Source: Chlorobiales bacterium Clorobi_01 (lineage in GTDB: Bacteria > Bacteroidota > Chlorobiia > Chlorobiales > Chlorobiaceae). Taken from it: a DNA stretch of 64,000 nucleotides. The stretch's first letter is position 1; every line of letters begins with the position of its first letter. The DNA is taken from assembly GCA_001602925.1 (NCBI GenBank), contig LUZT01000006.1, positions 632,438-696,437 on the forward strand, in the 5' to 3' direction. The notes under the pieces are model-generated. The model was given only the letters and a program-made list of their open reading frames with translations, had not been told where the DNA came from and did not search any database. Positions 42,573-53,899 of this stretch are shown here, piece after piece. A program made the position numbers and the translations under genes.

Positions 42573-43652
42573 ATGAGTTCATCACCATCTCTCAATACCT
42601 GGTCCGACGCCCTTTCAGGCTTCTCCATCGGCTGGTTTCCGCTCGGGCTGGTTATCGTTGCGGCTATTCCGCTTGTGTTCATCGCACTCTACGCGCTGAC
42701 CTACGGTGTGTATGGCGAGCGCAAGATTTCGGCTTTCATGCAGGACAGGCTTGGTCCTATGGAGGTTGGTTTCTGGGGTATTCTGCAGACGCTTGCCGAT
42801 ATTCTGAAGCTTCTCCAGAAAGAGGATATCGTGCCGACCGTGGCCGACAAATTCCTTTTCGTGATCGGCCCCGGCATCCTGTTCGTTGGCTCGTTCCTTG
42901 CCTTTGCCGTCTTGCCCTTTGGCCCGGCCTTCATCGGCGCAGACCTGAATGTTGGTCTGTTCTATGCTGTCGGCATCGTGGCTATCGAGGCGGTCGGTAT
43001 CCTCGCCGTCGGCTGGGGCTCGAACAACAAGTGGGCGCTCTACGGCGCGGTTCGCAGCGTCGCCCAGATCGTCAGCTATGAAATTCCTGCTTCCATCGCT
43101 CTCCTGTGCGCCGCCATGCTGGCCGGCACTCTGAGCATGCAGCAGATTACCATGATGCAGGCCGGCCCCGGCGGTTTCATGCACTGGTTTCTGTTCACCA
43201 ATCCGATCGCCTGGCTGCCTTTCCTGATCTACTTTATCTCCTCGCTTGCCGAGACCAACCGCGCACCGTTCGATATTCCTGAGGCTGAATCCGAGCTGGT
43301 TGCCGGCTACTTCACCGAGTACAGCGGCATGAAGTTCGCCGTGATCTTCCTGGCCGAGTACGGCAGCATGTTCATGGTGTCGGCGATCATCTCCATCGCG
43401 TTTCTCGGCGGCTGGACTTCGCCGCTGCCGAACATCGGCGGCCTCGAGCTGAACACCATGACCAGCGGTCCGGTCTGGGGCGCCTTCTGGATCATCATGA
43501 AAGGATTCTTCTTCATCTTCGTGCAGATGTGGCTTCGCTGGACGCTTCCCAGGCTCAGGGTTGACCAGCTCATGTATCTCTGCTGGAAGGTATTGACGCC
43601 GTTCTCCCTGGTTTCATTTGTGCTGACAGCCATCTGGGTGATCAACCATTAA
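42573..43652 (+). CDS. nuoH: NADH-quinone oxidoreductase subunit H
   Basis: [43 protein letters not shown]. Confidence 0.98.
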   Translation: MSSSPSLNTWSDALSGFSIGWFPLGLVIVAAIPLVFIALYALTYGVYGERKISAFMQDRLGPMEVGFWGILQTLADILKLLQKEDIVPTVADKFLFVIGPGILFVGSFLAFAVLPFGPAFIGADLNVGLFYAVGIVAIEAVGILAVGWGSNNKWALYGAVRSVAQIVSYEIPASIALLCAAMLAGTLSMQQITMMQAGPGGFMHWFLFTNPIAWLPFLIYFISSLAETNRAPFDIPEAESELVAGYFTEYSGMKFAVIFLAEYGSMFMVSAIISIAFLGGWTSPLPNIGGLELNTMTSGPVWGAFWIIMKGFFFIFVQMWLRWTLPRLRVDQLMYLCWKVLTPFSLVSFVLTAIWVINH

Positions 43653-43706
43653 TCGTGAGGCTGGCTCAAGAGAGAATACAAAGGCAAGAAAGACGAACAA
43701 CAAACT

Positions 43707-44357
43707 ATGAGTGAGTACTTCAGCAATATAAAGACCAGTGCGACGACCATCGCGACCGGCATGGGCATCACCCTCAAGCACTTCTTCAATGCGGTCAAGC
43801 GCAAGGGAGATGCGGGTATTGATGATGCCGACTATTTTGGTCAGGTTGACGGTCTGTGCACCTTGCAGTATCCGAAGGAGGCGATTCCGACTCCGCCGCA
43901 CGGTCGCTACCGACTGTATTGCAATATCGATGACTGCATCGGTTGCCGCCAGTGCGAGCGCGCCTGCCCGGTGGAATGCATCATCATTGAAACCATCAAG
44001 ACGACAAGCGACGATCTTGAAGCTTGCGGCAAGACCTCCGGTGGCCAGCAGAAGAGAATGTGGGTGCCGGTCTTCGACATCGATACCGCCAAGTGCATGA
44101 CTTGCGGCATCTGCCAGAGCGTCTGCCCGACTGACTGTCTCTATCACACTGCTGTGGCCGATTTCTCCGAGTTCGACGTGAAAAACATGATGTATCACTT
44201 CGGCAACCTTTCAAAGATCGAGGCCGAGGCCAAGAGGAAAAAGCTTGCCGAACAGCAGGCTCAGGCGGCAAAGGAGAAAGCCGCAGCAGGTGGCGCTCCG
44301 GCGGCCAAACCTGCGCCGAAAGCAGCTCCGCAACAGCAGCCGGGTGGAGCCGAATAG
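43707..44357 (+). CDS. nuoI: NADH-quinone oxidoreductase subunit I
   Basis: Two 4Fe-4S motifs CIGCRQCERACP and CMTCGICQSVCP. Confidence 0.96.
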   Translation: MSEYFSNIKTSATTIATGMGITLKHFFNAVKRKGDAGIDDADYFGQVDGLCTLQYPKEAIPTPPHGRYRLYCNIDDCIGCRQCERACPVECIIIETIKTTSDDLEACGKTSGGQQKRMWVPVFDIDTAKCMTCGICQSVCPTDCLYHTAVADFSEFDVKNMMYHFGNLSKIEAEAKRKKLAEQQAQAAKEKAAAGGAPAAKPAPKAAPQQQPGGAE

Positions 44358-44397
44358 GCTTCAGGCAGGAATCGATTACCAACAAGTGCAGATAACC

Positions 44398-44919
44398 ATG
44401 AATCAACTGACCATCGCCATCATCTTCTACATCTTCGCGGCCGTTACGGTACTGTCGGCGGCGTTTGTGGTCTTTTCGAAAAATGTCATCTACTCGGCAT
44501 TCTCGCTGCTCTTCACCTTTTTCGGTGTCGCGGCCCTCTATGTTTTTCTGAGCGCGGACTTCATCGCCGTGACCCAGGTGGTCGTCTATGTCGGCGGCAT
44601 TCTGGTGCTCCTGCTTTTCGGTGTTATGTTCACCAACACCATCATGTCAACAGAGCTGAAGGCTGACGTGCTGAACGTCGTGCCAGGCATTCTCCTGACG
44701 CTGCTCCTGATTGTTGGTATGCTCTTCACCTTCTATACGACCGGGAACTGGATGCCGGGACCGGTGCAGCTCAATGGCAGCGTTGTCGAGAGCATCGGAC
44801 TCGAAACCATGTCGCGCTACATGCTGCCGTTTGAAATGGTCTCCATCGTACTGCTGGTCGCCCTGCTTGGCGCTGCTTACCTGGCCCGCTACGACAAGGC
44901 AAACAAAAAAGAACATTAA
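44398..44919 (+). CDS. nuoJ: NADH-quinone oxidoreductase subunit J
   Basis: QVVVYVGGILVLLLFGVM, LPFEMVSIVLLVALLGA. Confidence 0.96.
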   Translation: MNQLTIAIIFYIFAAVTVLSAAFVVFSKNVIYSAFSLLFTFFGVAALYVFLSADFIAVTQVVVYVGGILVLLLFGVMFTNTIMSTELKADVLNVVPGILLTLLLIVGMLFTFYTTGNWMPGPVQLNGSVVESIGLETMSRYMLPFEMVSIVLLVALLGAAYLARYDKANKKEH

Positions 44920-44928
44920 GGAGTCTTC

Positions 44929-45252
44929 ATGCTAACGGAACAGTTACTGTCGATCGGTGTCAACCATTTTCTGACAATTTCAGTCATTCTTTTCGGTCTG
45001 GGCATGTTTGCCGTCATGACCCGCAAAAACGCCATCGTTATCCTGATGGGCGTCGAGCTGATCCTGAACGCGGCCAACATCAACTTTCTGACCTTTTCGA
45101 AATACAATGGCGGCATGGAAGGGGTGATGTTCAGCCTTTTCGTGATCGTGCTGGCCGCCGCCGAAGCCGCTATCGCACTTGCGATCGTGATCAATATTTT
45201 CAAGACCTTCAAGACGGTCGATGTATCCAGCGTGGACACCATGAAGGAGTGA
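44929..45252 (+). CDS. nuoK: NADH-quinone oxidoreductase subunit K
   Basis: ILMGVELILNAANIN, AAAEAAIALA. Confidence 0.97.
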   Translation: MLTEQLLSIGVNHFLTISVILFGLGMFAVMTRKNAIVILMGVELILNAANINFLTFSKYNGGMEGVMFSLFVIVLAAAEAAIALAIVINIFKTFKTVDVSSVDTMKE

Positions 45253-45301
45253 TCCGCCCCGGTAAAACACTTATAGCTGCAAATTCTTTGTAAAACGAAA
45301 C

Positions 45302-47563
45302 ATGATGCACAGTTTAATCCAGTTATCCATCGCTGTCCTGCTACTGCCGCTGCTCTCGTTTGTGGTGCTGATATTTTTCAACCGCAGGCTCCCGCGTGGT
45401 GGCGATTTCGTTGGCGTCGGTCTGCTTGGCACGACGCTGGCTATAGCGCTGTATATCTTCTGGACGGTGATCGTTCAGCACTACGATCCGGCCTTCAGAC
45501 TTGCGTGGGATTTCACCTGGCTTGATTTTGGCAATGTACCCGGCGTCGGACCGCTGCAGGTCAAGATGGGTATCGTGATTGACAACCTGACGGCGATCAT
45601 GCTGGCAATGGTTTCGCTCATCAGTTTCCTGGTGCATCTCTACTCGACCGGGTATATGAAGGGGGAGACCTATTACGGACGCTTTTTTGCCTATCTCGGC
45701 ATCTTTACCTTCTCGATGTTCGGCATCGTGCTTTCTGACAATCTCTTCTCGATCTACATGTTCTGGGAGCTTGTCGGTCTTTCGTCTTACCTGCTCATCG
45801 GTTTCTACTTCCACAAGGACAGCGCCGCCGACGCGCAGAAAAAGGCCTTTCTCACCAACCGTGTTGGCGACATCGGTATGTGGCTCGGCATCCTGATCCT
45901 CTATTCGCAGTTCCACACCTTCGGTTACCAGGAGATTTTCGCCCATATCAAAAATGGCGACTTCCACATGTCGCAGGCCTGGCTGACCGCTGCTGGCGTG
46001 CTGCTCTTTATGGGCTGCGTCGGCAAATCGGCCCAGTTTCCGTTGCATGTCTGGCTTCCTGACGCTATGGAAGGTCCTACACCGGTCTCGGCGCTTATCC
46101 ACGCAGCGACGATGGTCGCCGCCGGCGTCTATTTCATGGCTCGTATTTTCGTGCTTCTGACTCCCGAAGCGCAGCATGTCATTGCCTTTATCGGCGCCTT
46201 CACGGCCTTCATGTCGGCAACGATCGCCATTACGCAGCATGACATCAAGCGCGTACTCGCTTACTCGACCGTTTCACAGCTTGGCTACATGGTACTCGGC
46301 CTTGGCGTCGGCTCCTACTCTGCCGCGCTGTTCCATCTCCTGACACACGCTTTCTTCAAGGCCTGTCTCTTTCTCGGTTCTGGCGCGATCATTCACGCCA
46401 TGCACCACGAGCAGGACATGCGCTGGATGGGTGGTCTCTACAAGAAAATGCCCTGGACTTTCGTTACCTTCAGCATCGCAACGCTTGCTCTCGCCGGTCT
46501 TCCGCTTACCAGCGGTTTTCTCTCGAAGGATGCCATTCTGGCCGGTGCGCTTGGTTTCGCTCAGGTCGAAGGTGGCGGGATTTTCTACCTCGTGCCCGTG
46601 TTTGGCTTTGCCGCTGCGGTGATGACCGCTTTCTACATGGGTCGCCAGGTCTGGCTGGTCTTTTTCGGCGAGAGCCGCACGCACCTCAAGCCTGCCGAAG
46701 AGCATGGTCACGACGCTCATGCCGCTCACGGTCACGATGATCATGGTCACCATGAGGTTCACGAGGTTTCCTGGAACATGAGACTTCCTCTGGTTATCCT
46801 TGCGACGCTTTCAGTCTTTATCGTTTTCTCGCCTGATCCGCTCGATGGTGGCAAGGGATGGTTCATGCACCTGGTGCAGACTCCTGCGACGGTTGTCGCT
46901 TCCACCGAAGCCGCGCACGAAGGCGCTAAACTCCATGCGCCCGAAGCCGGCAAGCTGCTTGCCGAGGCGCACACCGACACGCAGCATGTCGAAGCTGCTC
47001 CAGCCGCACACGCGGAAGCCGCCTCGAACGAGGGTGAAGGTCACGGCCCGGTCTATGCCGATCCCCGTCAGGCGGAAATAGTGCACATGACGCACGCCAA
47101 CCACTGGAACGCCATCAAGCTCTCGTCGCTGATGCTGATCGCCGGTATCGGCATGGCCCTGATCGTCTATGTCTTCAGGATCATCGATCCCGACAAGACG
47201 GCGCAGGCGATTCGTCCGCTTTACCTCTACTCGTTCAACAAGTGGTACTGGGACGAGATTTACGACGCGACCATCATCAAGGGCTCCATGCTGATCTCGA
47301 AGATTCTTGCCTGGTTCGACGCTAACATCGTTGACGGTCTTGTCAACGGCGTGGCGACGGTCTTCAGGAAGTTCGCCTTCTTCAATGGCGGCGTTGACAA
47401 ATATGTAGTTGACGGACTGGTCAACTTCACGGCCTTCACCGTCCAGACGACCGGCGCGGTCTTCAGGAAGATCCAGACGGGCAAGGTGCAGACCTATCTG
47501 GTCATGGTGGTTTTCGCGGTTCTGGGCTGGTTCGCCCTTTACTTTGCGCACCTCGTGAAATAA
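45302..47563 (+). CDS. nuoL: NADH-quinone oxidoreductase subunit L
   Basis: WELVGLSSYLLIGF, WLPDAMEGPTPVSALIHAATMV, AYSTVSQLG. Confidence 0.98.
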   Translation: MMHSLIQLSIAVLLLPLLSFVVLIFFNRRLPRGGDFVGVGLLGTTLAIALYIFWTVIVQHYDPAFRLAWDFTWLDFGNVPGVGPLQVKMGIVIDNLTAIMLAMVSLISFLVHLYSTGYMKGETYYGRFFAYLGIFTFSMFGIVLSDNLFSIYMFWELVGLSSYLLIGFYFHKDSAADAQKKAFLTNRVGDIGMWLGILILYSQFHTFGYQEIFAHIKNGDFHMSQAWLTAAGVLLFMGCVGKSAQFPLHVWLPDAMEGPTPVSALIHAATMVAAGVYFMARIFVLLTPEAQHVIAFIGAFTAFMSATIAITQHDIKRVLAYSTVSQLGYMVLGLGVGSYSAALFHLLTHAFFKACLFLGSGAIIHAMHHEQDMRWMGGLYKKMPWTFVTFSIATLALAGLPLTSGFLSKDAILAGALGFAQVEGGGIFYLVPVFGFAAAVMTAFYMGRQVWLVFFGESRTHLKPAEEHGHDAHAAHGHDDHGHHEVHEVSWNMRLPLVILATLSVFIVFSPDPLDGGKGWFMHLVQTPATVVASTEAAHEGAKLHAPEAGKLLAEAHTDTQHVEAAPAAHAEAASNEGEGHGPVYADPRQAEIVHMTHANHWNAIKLSSLMLIAGIGMALIVYVFRIIDPDKTAQAIRPLYLYSFNKWYWDEIYDATIIKGSMLISKILAWFDANIVDGLVNGVATVFRKFAFFNGGVDKYVVDGLVNFTAFTVQTTGAVFRKIQTGKVQTYLVMVVFAVLGWFALYFAHLVK

Positions 47564-47606
47564 CCGAACGATTTAATTTACTCTCCGAACATAACAGGTA
47601 CTGAAC

Positions 47607-49244
47607 ATGCTGAGCTTAATTGTATTTCTGCCGATCATTGCCGGACTCGTCATTTTGGCTGTGCCCTCGTCGCAGAAGCAGATCATCAGGATCGTCTCGC
47701 TCCTGGCCGCTCTGGCCCAGGGAGTGCTTGCCGTCCTCATCTGGCGCCAATACGACCCGACCATGGCGGGTATCGTGGCCGCACCCGGCGGATCGCCTGT
47801 CGGTTCATTCCAGATGATCGAAAGGATTTCGTGGATTTCGCTCGACCTCGGCTCGTTCGGCCCCCTGAACATCGAGTATTTCCTCGGTGTTGACGGCCTT
47901 TCGATCACGATGGTGCTGCTGACCGCCCTGATTTCAATTATCGGTGTGCTTTCCAGCTGGCCGATCCAGAAGCAGGTCAAGGGCTACTTCATCCTTTACA
48001 ACCTGCTCAGCACGGCCATGATGGGCTGCTTCGTGGCGCTCGACTTCTTTCTTTTCTACGTGTTCTGGGAATTGATGCTTCTGCCGATGTACTTCCTCAT
48101 CGGTATCTGGGGTGGTCCGAACCGTGAGTATGCAGCCATCAAGTTCTTCCTTTACACCCTGTTCGGTTCGGTGTTCATGCTGCTGGTCATGATTGGCCTC
48201 TACTTCAGCGTCACCGATCCGCTCACTGGCCATCACACTTTCAGCCTTGTTGCCATGGCTGACCAGGCAAACTATATCAAGGGCGCGATTCTTGGCCCTG
48301 ACAGCGTCACCTGGAGATATGTCGCCTTTATTGTGCTTTTCGTCGGCTTTGCCATCAAGGTTCCGATGTTCCCGTTCCACACCTGGCTGCCTGACGCGCA
48401 CGTTGAGGCTCCGACTCCGATCTCGGTCATTCTGGCCGGTGTGCTGCTGAAGCTCGGTACTTACGGCATGATGAGGATTAACTTCCCGCTCTTTCCTGAG
48501 GTTTACCAGGCGGGCCTCTATGTGATTGGTGTGTTCGGCGCGATCAACATCATCTACGGTGCCTTCTGCGCTCTGGCCCAGCAGGATCTGAAGAAAATGG
48601 TTGCCTACTCGTCGATCAGCCACATGGGCTATGTGCTGCTCGGTCTGGCTGCGGCCAACACCGAAGGCATGATCGGCGCGCTCTACCAGATGTTCAACCA
48701 CGGCACCATCACCGCCATGCTCTTCCTTCTGGTCGGTGTCATCTACGATCGTGCCCACTCCCGCCAGATCGACAAGTTTGGTGGCCTGGCTTCCTACATG
48801 CCAGTCTATACCGGTATCGTCATCGTTGCATGGTTTGCCTCGCTTGGTCTGCCGGGTCTCTCCGGCTTCATCTCAGAGGCGCTCGTATTTGTCGGCGCGT
48901 TCACCGCTCCCGTTACCCGTCCGATCGCTATGGTTTCGGTGCTCGGTATCGTTTTCGGCGCGGCCTACCTGCTCTGGTCGCTGCAGCGGATGTTCCTCGG
49001 CAAGCGCAAGCCCGATGCCCTGTACGATCTCGAAGTTGACGCCGATGGACACGAGCACATTCATTTCCATGACTGGAAAGGCAAGCTTGATCTGGATGCT
49101 CGCGAGCTGACCATGCTCATTCCGCTTGTGATCATCGTCATTGCGCTCGGTATCTATCCGATGCCGGTCATGGGGCTTCTGACAGCCAGCATCAACAAAC
49201 TTGTCCAGGTTCTCGCTCCGGTTGCCATGTCGGCCGTGCATTGA
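47607..49244 (+). CDS. nuoM: NADH-quinone oxidoreductase subunit M
   Basis: FWELMLLPMY, HTWLPDAHVEAPT, LLKLGTYG. Confidence 0.98.
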   Translation: MLSLIVFLPIIAGLVILAVPSSQKQIIRIVSLLAALAQGVLAVLIWRQYDPTMAGIVAAPGGSPVGSFQMIERISWISLDLGSFGPLNIEYFLGVDGLSITMVLLTALISIIGVLSSWPIQKQVKGYFILYNLLSTAMMGCFVALDFFLFYVFWELMLLPMYFLIGIWGGPNREYAAIKFFLYTLFGSVFMLLVMIGLYFSVTDPLTGHHTFSLVAMADQANYIKGAILGPDSVTWRYVAFIVLFVGFAIKVPMFPFHTWLPDAHVEAPTPISVILAGVLLKLGTYGMMRINFPLFPEVYQAGLYVIGVFGAINIIYGAFCALAQQDLKKMVAYSSISHMGYVLLGLAAANTEGMIGALYQMFNHGTITAMLFLLVGVIYDRAHSRQIDKFGGLASYMPVYTGIVIVAWFASLGLPGLSGFISEALVFVGAFTAPVTRPIAMVSVLGIVFGAAYLLWSLQRMFLGKRKPDALYDLEVDADGHEHIHFHDWKGKLDLDARELTMLIPLVIIVIALGIYPMPVMGLLTASINKLVQVLAPVAMSAVH

Positions 49245-49282
49245 TTTGGTGTTCCGTTTAAAAGCATAAACGTTGGAGAAAT

Positions 49283-50818
49283 ATGTTCGAAATGCCATCA
49301 GGCGCTGAAATACAGAGCATCATCTCGACCCTCAAGGGCGGTGCCGGATATTTTATACCTGAAATCTATCTGTCAGTGCTTTTCATGGTGCTGATATTAC
49401 TTGATCTCGTCACAGGTAAAAAGAATCGCGGATTACTTGCCACGGCTACCATCGCCGGTTTGCTCGGCAGTGTCTATTTTATTTTCAAGCAGCAGACGAT
49501 GCCGGACGTTCAGTTCTTTTTCGGCATGTACGCGCTTGACCGGTTCGGGATCTTTTTCAAGTACTTTTTTGTGGCATCGGGCATCCTGGCTGTGTTGACC
49601 ACCATGGTTGACGACCAGCTCAAAAAGCACGAGTCGGGTATGGGAGAGTACTATGCTCTCTTGGTTGCCATGGTTGTCGGTATGATGATGATGGCTTCTT
49701 CGACTGATCTGTTAATGATGTTCCTTGCCATGGAGCTTGTCAGTCTTTCAGCCTATGCGATGACCGGATATCTCAAGCGTGAGCCCCGCTCGTCGGAAGC
49801 AGCCCTGAAGTACCTTGTTTATGGTGCAGTGTCGTCGGGCATGCTCCTGTATGGCTTCTCCCTGATTTACGGTATGACCGCTGAAACCAACATTACCCGG
49901 ATCAGCATGGTGCTGGCCGCACACGGATACGATCCGCTGGTGATGATACTGACCGTGTTGCTTATCATGGCAGGTCTTGGCTACAAGATGGGCGCGGTAC
50001 CGTTCCACTTCTGGAGCCCCGACGTTTACGAGGGTGCACCTACTCCGGTCACCGCCTATCTTTCGGTTGCGTCAAAGGCCGCCGGTTTCGCCATGCTCAT
50101 GCGTTTCTTTTTCGTGGCTGTGCCTCACGGCTTCGATATGTATGTCAGCCCGCTGCACATTGACTGGCTCTCGATCCTGATGCTGGTCTCCGCGGCTTCG
50201 ATGATCTACGGTAACGTCGTGGCTATCTGGCAGAAGAACGTCAAACGTCTGCTTGCGTACTCCTCGATCGCCCATGCCGGTTATCTGCTGCTCGGTATCA
50301 TCACCATGGATCAGCTCGGCACACAGGCTGTTCTTGTCTATCTCGCCGCCTATCTTCTGATGAACTATGGCGCTTTCTATGTGGTGATTCTCATCGCCAA
50401 CCACACCGGTAGCGAAAACCTTGATGACTACAAAGGTCTTGGCAAAAGGATGCCGTTGCTCGGTGCTGCCCTGACGGTGTTCCTCATCTCGCTGGTCGGT
50501 CTGCCGCCGACCTTCGGCTTCATCGGCAAGCTGATGATCTTCTCGGCGCTGCTCGCCAAAGGCAGCCTATTCATGTGGCTTGCCCTTATTGGTATCCTGA
50601 CCAGTGTTATTTCGCTCTACTACTACATGCTGATTCCGCTCAACATGTATCTGAGAGAGTCGAACACTCCCGAAGAGGGCGTGATCACGACCGGCATGGG
50701 CGCGAAGATCGTCACCGCTTCGCTGATGATTCTGACGTTGTGGTTTGGTCTGTTTTTCCAGCCAATTGCCAACTATGCAAAATATTCAACGGCTATTTTC
50801 GGTGCATTTCTGAACTGA
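49283..50818 (+). CDS. nuoN: NADH-quinone oxidoreductase subunit N
   Basis: SSEAALKY, PFHFWSPDVYEGAPTP, KRLLAYSSIAHAG. Confidence 0.98.
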   Translation: MFEMPSGAEIQSIISTLKGGAGYFIPEIYLSVLFMVLILLDLVTGKKNRGLLATATIAGLLGSVYFIFKQQTMPDVQFFFGMYALDRFGIFFKYFFVASGILAVLTTMVDDQLKKHESGMGEYYALLVAMVVGMMMMASSTDLLMMFLAMELVSLSAYAMTGYLKREPRSSEAALKYLVYGAVSSGMLLYGFSLIYGMTAETNITRISMVLAAHGYDPLVMILTVLLIMAGLGYKMGAVPFHFWSPDVYEGAPTPVTAYLSVASKAAGFAMLMRFFFVAVPHGFDMYVSPLHIDWLSILMLVSAASMIYGNVVAIWQKNVKRLLAYSSIAHAGYLLLGIITMDQLGTQAVLVYLAAYLLMNYGAFYVVILIANHTGSENLDDYKGLGKRMPLLGAALTVFLISLVGLPPTFGFIGKLMIFSALLAKGSLFMWLALIGILTSVISLYYYMLIPLNMYLRESNTPEEGVITTGMGAKIVTASLMILTLWFGLFFQPIANYAKYSTAIFGAFLN

Positions 50819-51070
50819 ATTATCTGATATAAGTTGCCTTTGAGAACCTTAGAAAACCCGGTGGATTTTATAGAACCCCGGGTTTTTTTATTTGATGCTG
50901 ATGGAATGATTAATAAATTTCTAATGGATTTCAGGTTTTGCAAATAACGATTGTTAATTATATTTGTTGAAATTAAGGTGATGCTCAGCCGGTACACGAG
51001 GAAAGACGCAGGCGAAAGCCTCTTTTTCCCCGGATATCGTGAACTATCATAAACATTCACGGAGGTGTAC

Positions 51071-52150
51071 ATGCCCACCAAGCAAACATTTGCAGAGGTG
51101 TTTCAGTCTCGAGGTCTCTCCCGGAGAGATTTTCTGAAGTTTTGTTCTCTCACTTCGGTCTCTCTCGGTCTTGCGCCATCGTTAGTTCCCAAGGTCGTTC
51201 ACGCCATGGAGACCAAGCCGCGCACGCCTGTTATCTGGCTTCATGGTCTCGAATGCACCTGTTGTACTGAATCCTTCATTCGTTCGTCACACCCTATCGT
51301 TGGCGATATGGTGATGAACATGATCTCGCTTGATTATGATGACACACTGAGCGCAGCGGCTGGGCACCAGCTCGAAGAGGTCAGGAAGAAGATCATGAAA
51401 GAGTACAATGGTCAGTATATCCTTGCCGTCGAGGGTAACGTGCCCACGAAGGATGATGGTGTGTATTGCATGGTCGGGGGGGATTCGTTCCTGAATGTGC
51501 TCAAGGAGACCGCAGCCGGTGCTGCAGCGGTGATCGCCTGGGGCGCCTGTGCCTCGTTCGGCTGCGTGCAGAACGCCGATCCCAATCCGACCGGAGCGCA
51601 GCCGATTGACAAGATCATCAAAGACAAACCGATCGTCAAGGTGCCAGGTTGTCCGCCAATTGCCGAGGTGATGACCGGCGTCATTACCCATGTGCATACC
51701 TTCGGGAAGCTTCCGGAGCTTGACAGAATGGGGCGGCCGAAAGCGTTCTACTCCACCAGAATTCACGACAAGTGCTATCGCCGGGCATTTTACGATGCCG
51801 GTATGTTCGTGCGCGGATTTGACGAAGAGTCCACCCGGAAGGGCTGGTGCCTCTACAAAATGGGATGCAAGGGCCCAACCACTTACAATTCTTGCTCGAA
51901 GATTCAGTGGAACGAAGGCACCAGCTTTCCCATCGGTTCAGGTCACCCGTGTATCGGCTGCTCCGAACCGGGATTCTGGGACAAGGGCCCATTCTACACG
52001 AGGCTGGCTGACGTGTCGTTCCTCGGCACGGATACCACAGCTGACAAGATCGGCATGGTGGCGGTCGGAGCGGCAGCTGCCGGAGCGGCGGCTCATGCGG
52101 CGGTTACCGCAGTAAAGAAGAAGCAGCACGACAAAGAGCAAGAACAGTAA
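51071..52150 (+). CDS. hupS: Membrane-bound [NiFe]-hydrogenase small subunit
   Basis: Tat signal SRRDFLKFC; [42 protein letters not shown]; C-terminal membrane anchor. Confidence 0.97.
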   Translation: MPTKQTFAEVFQSRGLSRRDFLKFCSLTSVSLGLAPSLVPKVVHAMETKPRTPVIWLHGLECTCCTESFIRSSHPIVGDMVMNMISLDYDDTLSAAAGHQLEEVRKKIMKEYNGQYILAVEGNVPTKDDGVYCMVGGDSFLNVLKETAAGAAAVIAWGACASFGCVQNADPNPTGAQPIDKIIKDKPIVKVPGCPPIAEVMTGVITHVHTFGKLPELDRMGRPKAFYSTRIHDKCYRRAFYDAGMFVRGFDEESTRKGWCLYKMGCKGPTTYNSCSKIQWNEGTSFPIGSGHPCIGCSEPGFWDKGPFYTRLADVSFLGTDTTADKIGMVAVGAAAAGAAAHAAVTAVKKKQHDKEQEQ

Positions 52151-52168
52151 AAAAAGGGAGTTCAAGGC

Positions 52169-53887
52169 ATGGCCAAGAAAATAGTTGTTGACCCGATTCC
52201 CCGCATCGAGGGGCATCTGAGAATAGAGGCGAAAATGAACGATGCCAATGTCATCGAGGAGGCGTACAGCACCGGCACGATGTGGCGTGGCATCGAGGTG
52301 ATTCTGAAAGGGCGCGATCCGCGTGATGCCTGGGCGTTCGCCGAGCGCATCTGCGGTGTCTGCACGACGGTGCATGCGCTTGCTTCAGTGCGCTGCGTCG
52401 AGGATGCTCTCGGCATCGAAATCCCTGCAAATGCGCGCATTATCCGGAACCTGATGGCCGCGACGCAGCAGACGCAGGATCACCTCGTGCACTTCTACCA
52501 CCTGCATGCCCTCGACTGGGTCGATGTGGTCAGCGCCCTCAAGGCCGATCCCGCACAGGCATCAGCCATCGCGCAGAGCATTTCGCCTTGGCCGAAATCG
52601 TCGGTGGGCTATTTCAAGGATTTGCAGCAGCGGCTTGTCGCTTTCGTCGAAAGTGGTCAGCTTGGCATCTTTTCGAACGGCTACTGGGGCCATCCTGCCT
52701 ACAAATTGCCGCCGGAGGTGAACCTCATCGCCGTGGCGCACTACCTCGAAGCGCTCGATTTCCAGAAGGAGATCGTCAAGATCCAGACCGTCTTCGGTGG
52801 CAAGAATCCGCATCCGAACTATGTCGTTGGCGGTATGGCCTGCGCGATCGATCCGAACAGCGATACGGCGATCAACATCGAGCGCCTCAACATGATCAAG
52901 AAGATCATCGACGAGACGCAGACCTTCATCGATCAGGTTTACATCCCTGACCTCATCGCCATCGCCGGATTCTACAAAGAGTGGCTTTATGGTGGAGGGC
53001 TTGGCAACTTCATGAGCTACGGCGACTTCCCGGAAACCAATCTCAACGACTTCAAATCGTTGCTCTGGCCAAGAGGCATCATCCTGAACAAGGATCTTTC
53101 GACGGTCATCGACGTCGATCCGCGTGACATGTCGCAGATCAAGGAGGAGGTCGGCCACAGCTGGTACACCTACTCCAAAGGCTCCGACAAAGGCCTCCAC
53201 CCGTGGGAAGGGGAGACCAAACCGAACTACACCGGCCCAAAGCCGCCATTCGAATTTCTCGACACCGACAAACAGTACAGCTGGCTCAAGACGCCGCGCT
53301 GGAAGGAACAGCCGGTCGAGGTCGGCCCGCTTGCCCGTGTGCTGATTGCCTATGCGAAGGGCGATCCCATGATCAAGGAGACTGTTGGCATGGTGCTTGG
53401 CAAGCTTCAGGTCGGTCCCGAAGCGCTTTTCTCGACGCTCGGCCGTACAGCTGCTCGTGGTATCGAGTGCAAGCAGACCGCAGGTTTTATGGGCCATTTC
53501 TACGACCAGCTCGTGGCAAACATCAAGGCGGGAGATTACAAGACCTTCAACAGCGAACGCTGGGAGCCCTCGACCTGGCCAAAAGAGTGCAAAGGCTTTG
53601 GCTATACCGAAGCGCCGAGAGGCTCGCTTGGTCACTGGATCAGGATCAAGGACGAGAAGATCGACGAGTACCAGATCGTGGTGCCTTCAACCTGGAATGC
53701 TTCGCCAAGGGACAATCGAGGCAACTCGGGTGCCTACGAGGCGGCCCTGAAAGGTACGCCGATGGTCGATCCTTCAAAGCCGCTCGAAATTCTGCGGACG
53801 GTGCACTCGTTTGACCCTTGTCTTGCCTGTGCGTCGCATCTGTATGACATGAATGGCAACGAAATCACCAGCGTAACCATCGTTTAA
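52169..53887 (+). CDS. hupL: [NiFe]-hydrogenase large subunit
   Basis: L1 RICGVC, L2 DPCLACASH, followed by a 15-residue cleavable tail. Confidence 0.98.
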   Translation: MAKKIVVDPIPRIEGHLRIEAKMNDANVIEEAYSTGTMWRGIEVILKGRDPRDAWAFAERICGVCTTVHALASVRCVEDALGIEIPANARIIRNLMAATQQTQDHLVHFYHLHALDWVDVVSALKADPAQASAIAQSISPWPKSSVGYFKDLQQRLVAFVESGQLGIFSNGYWGHPAYKLPPEVNLIAVAHYLEALDFQKEIVKIQTVFGGKNPHPNYVVGGMACAIDPNSDTAINIERLNMIKKIIDETQTFIDQVYIPDLIAIAGFYKEWLYGGGLGNFMSYGDFPETNLNDFKSLLWPRGIILNKDLSTVIDVDPRDMSQIKEEVGHSWYTYSKGSDKGLHPWEGETKPNYTGPKPPFEFLDTDKQYSWLKTPRWKEQPVEVGPLARVLIAYAKGDPMIKETVGMVLGKLQVGPEALFSTLGRTAARGIECKQTAGFMGHFYDQLVANIKAGDYKTFNSERWEPSTWPKECKGFGYTEAPRGSLGHWIRIKDEKIDEYQIVVPSTWNASPRDNRGNSGAYEAALKGTPMVDPSKPLEILRTVHSFDPCLACASHLYDMNGNEITSVTIV

Positions 53888-53899
53888 ACGGAGAACGAC

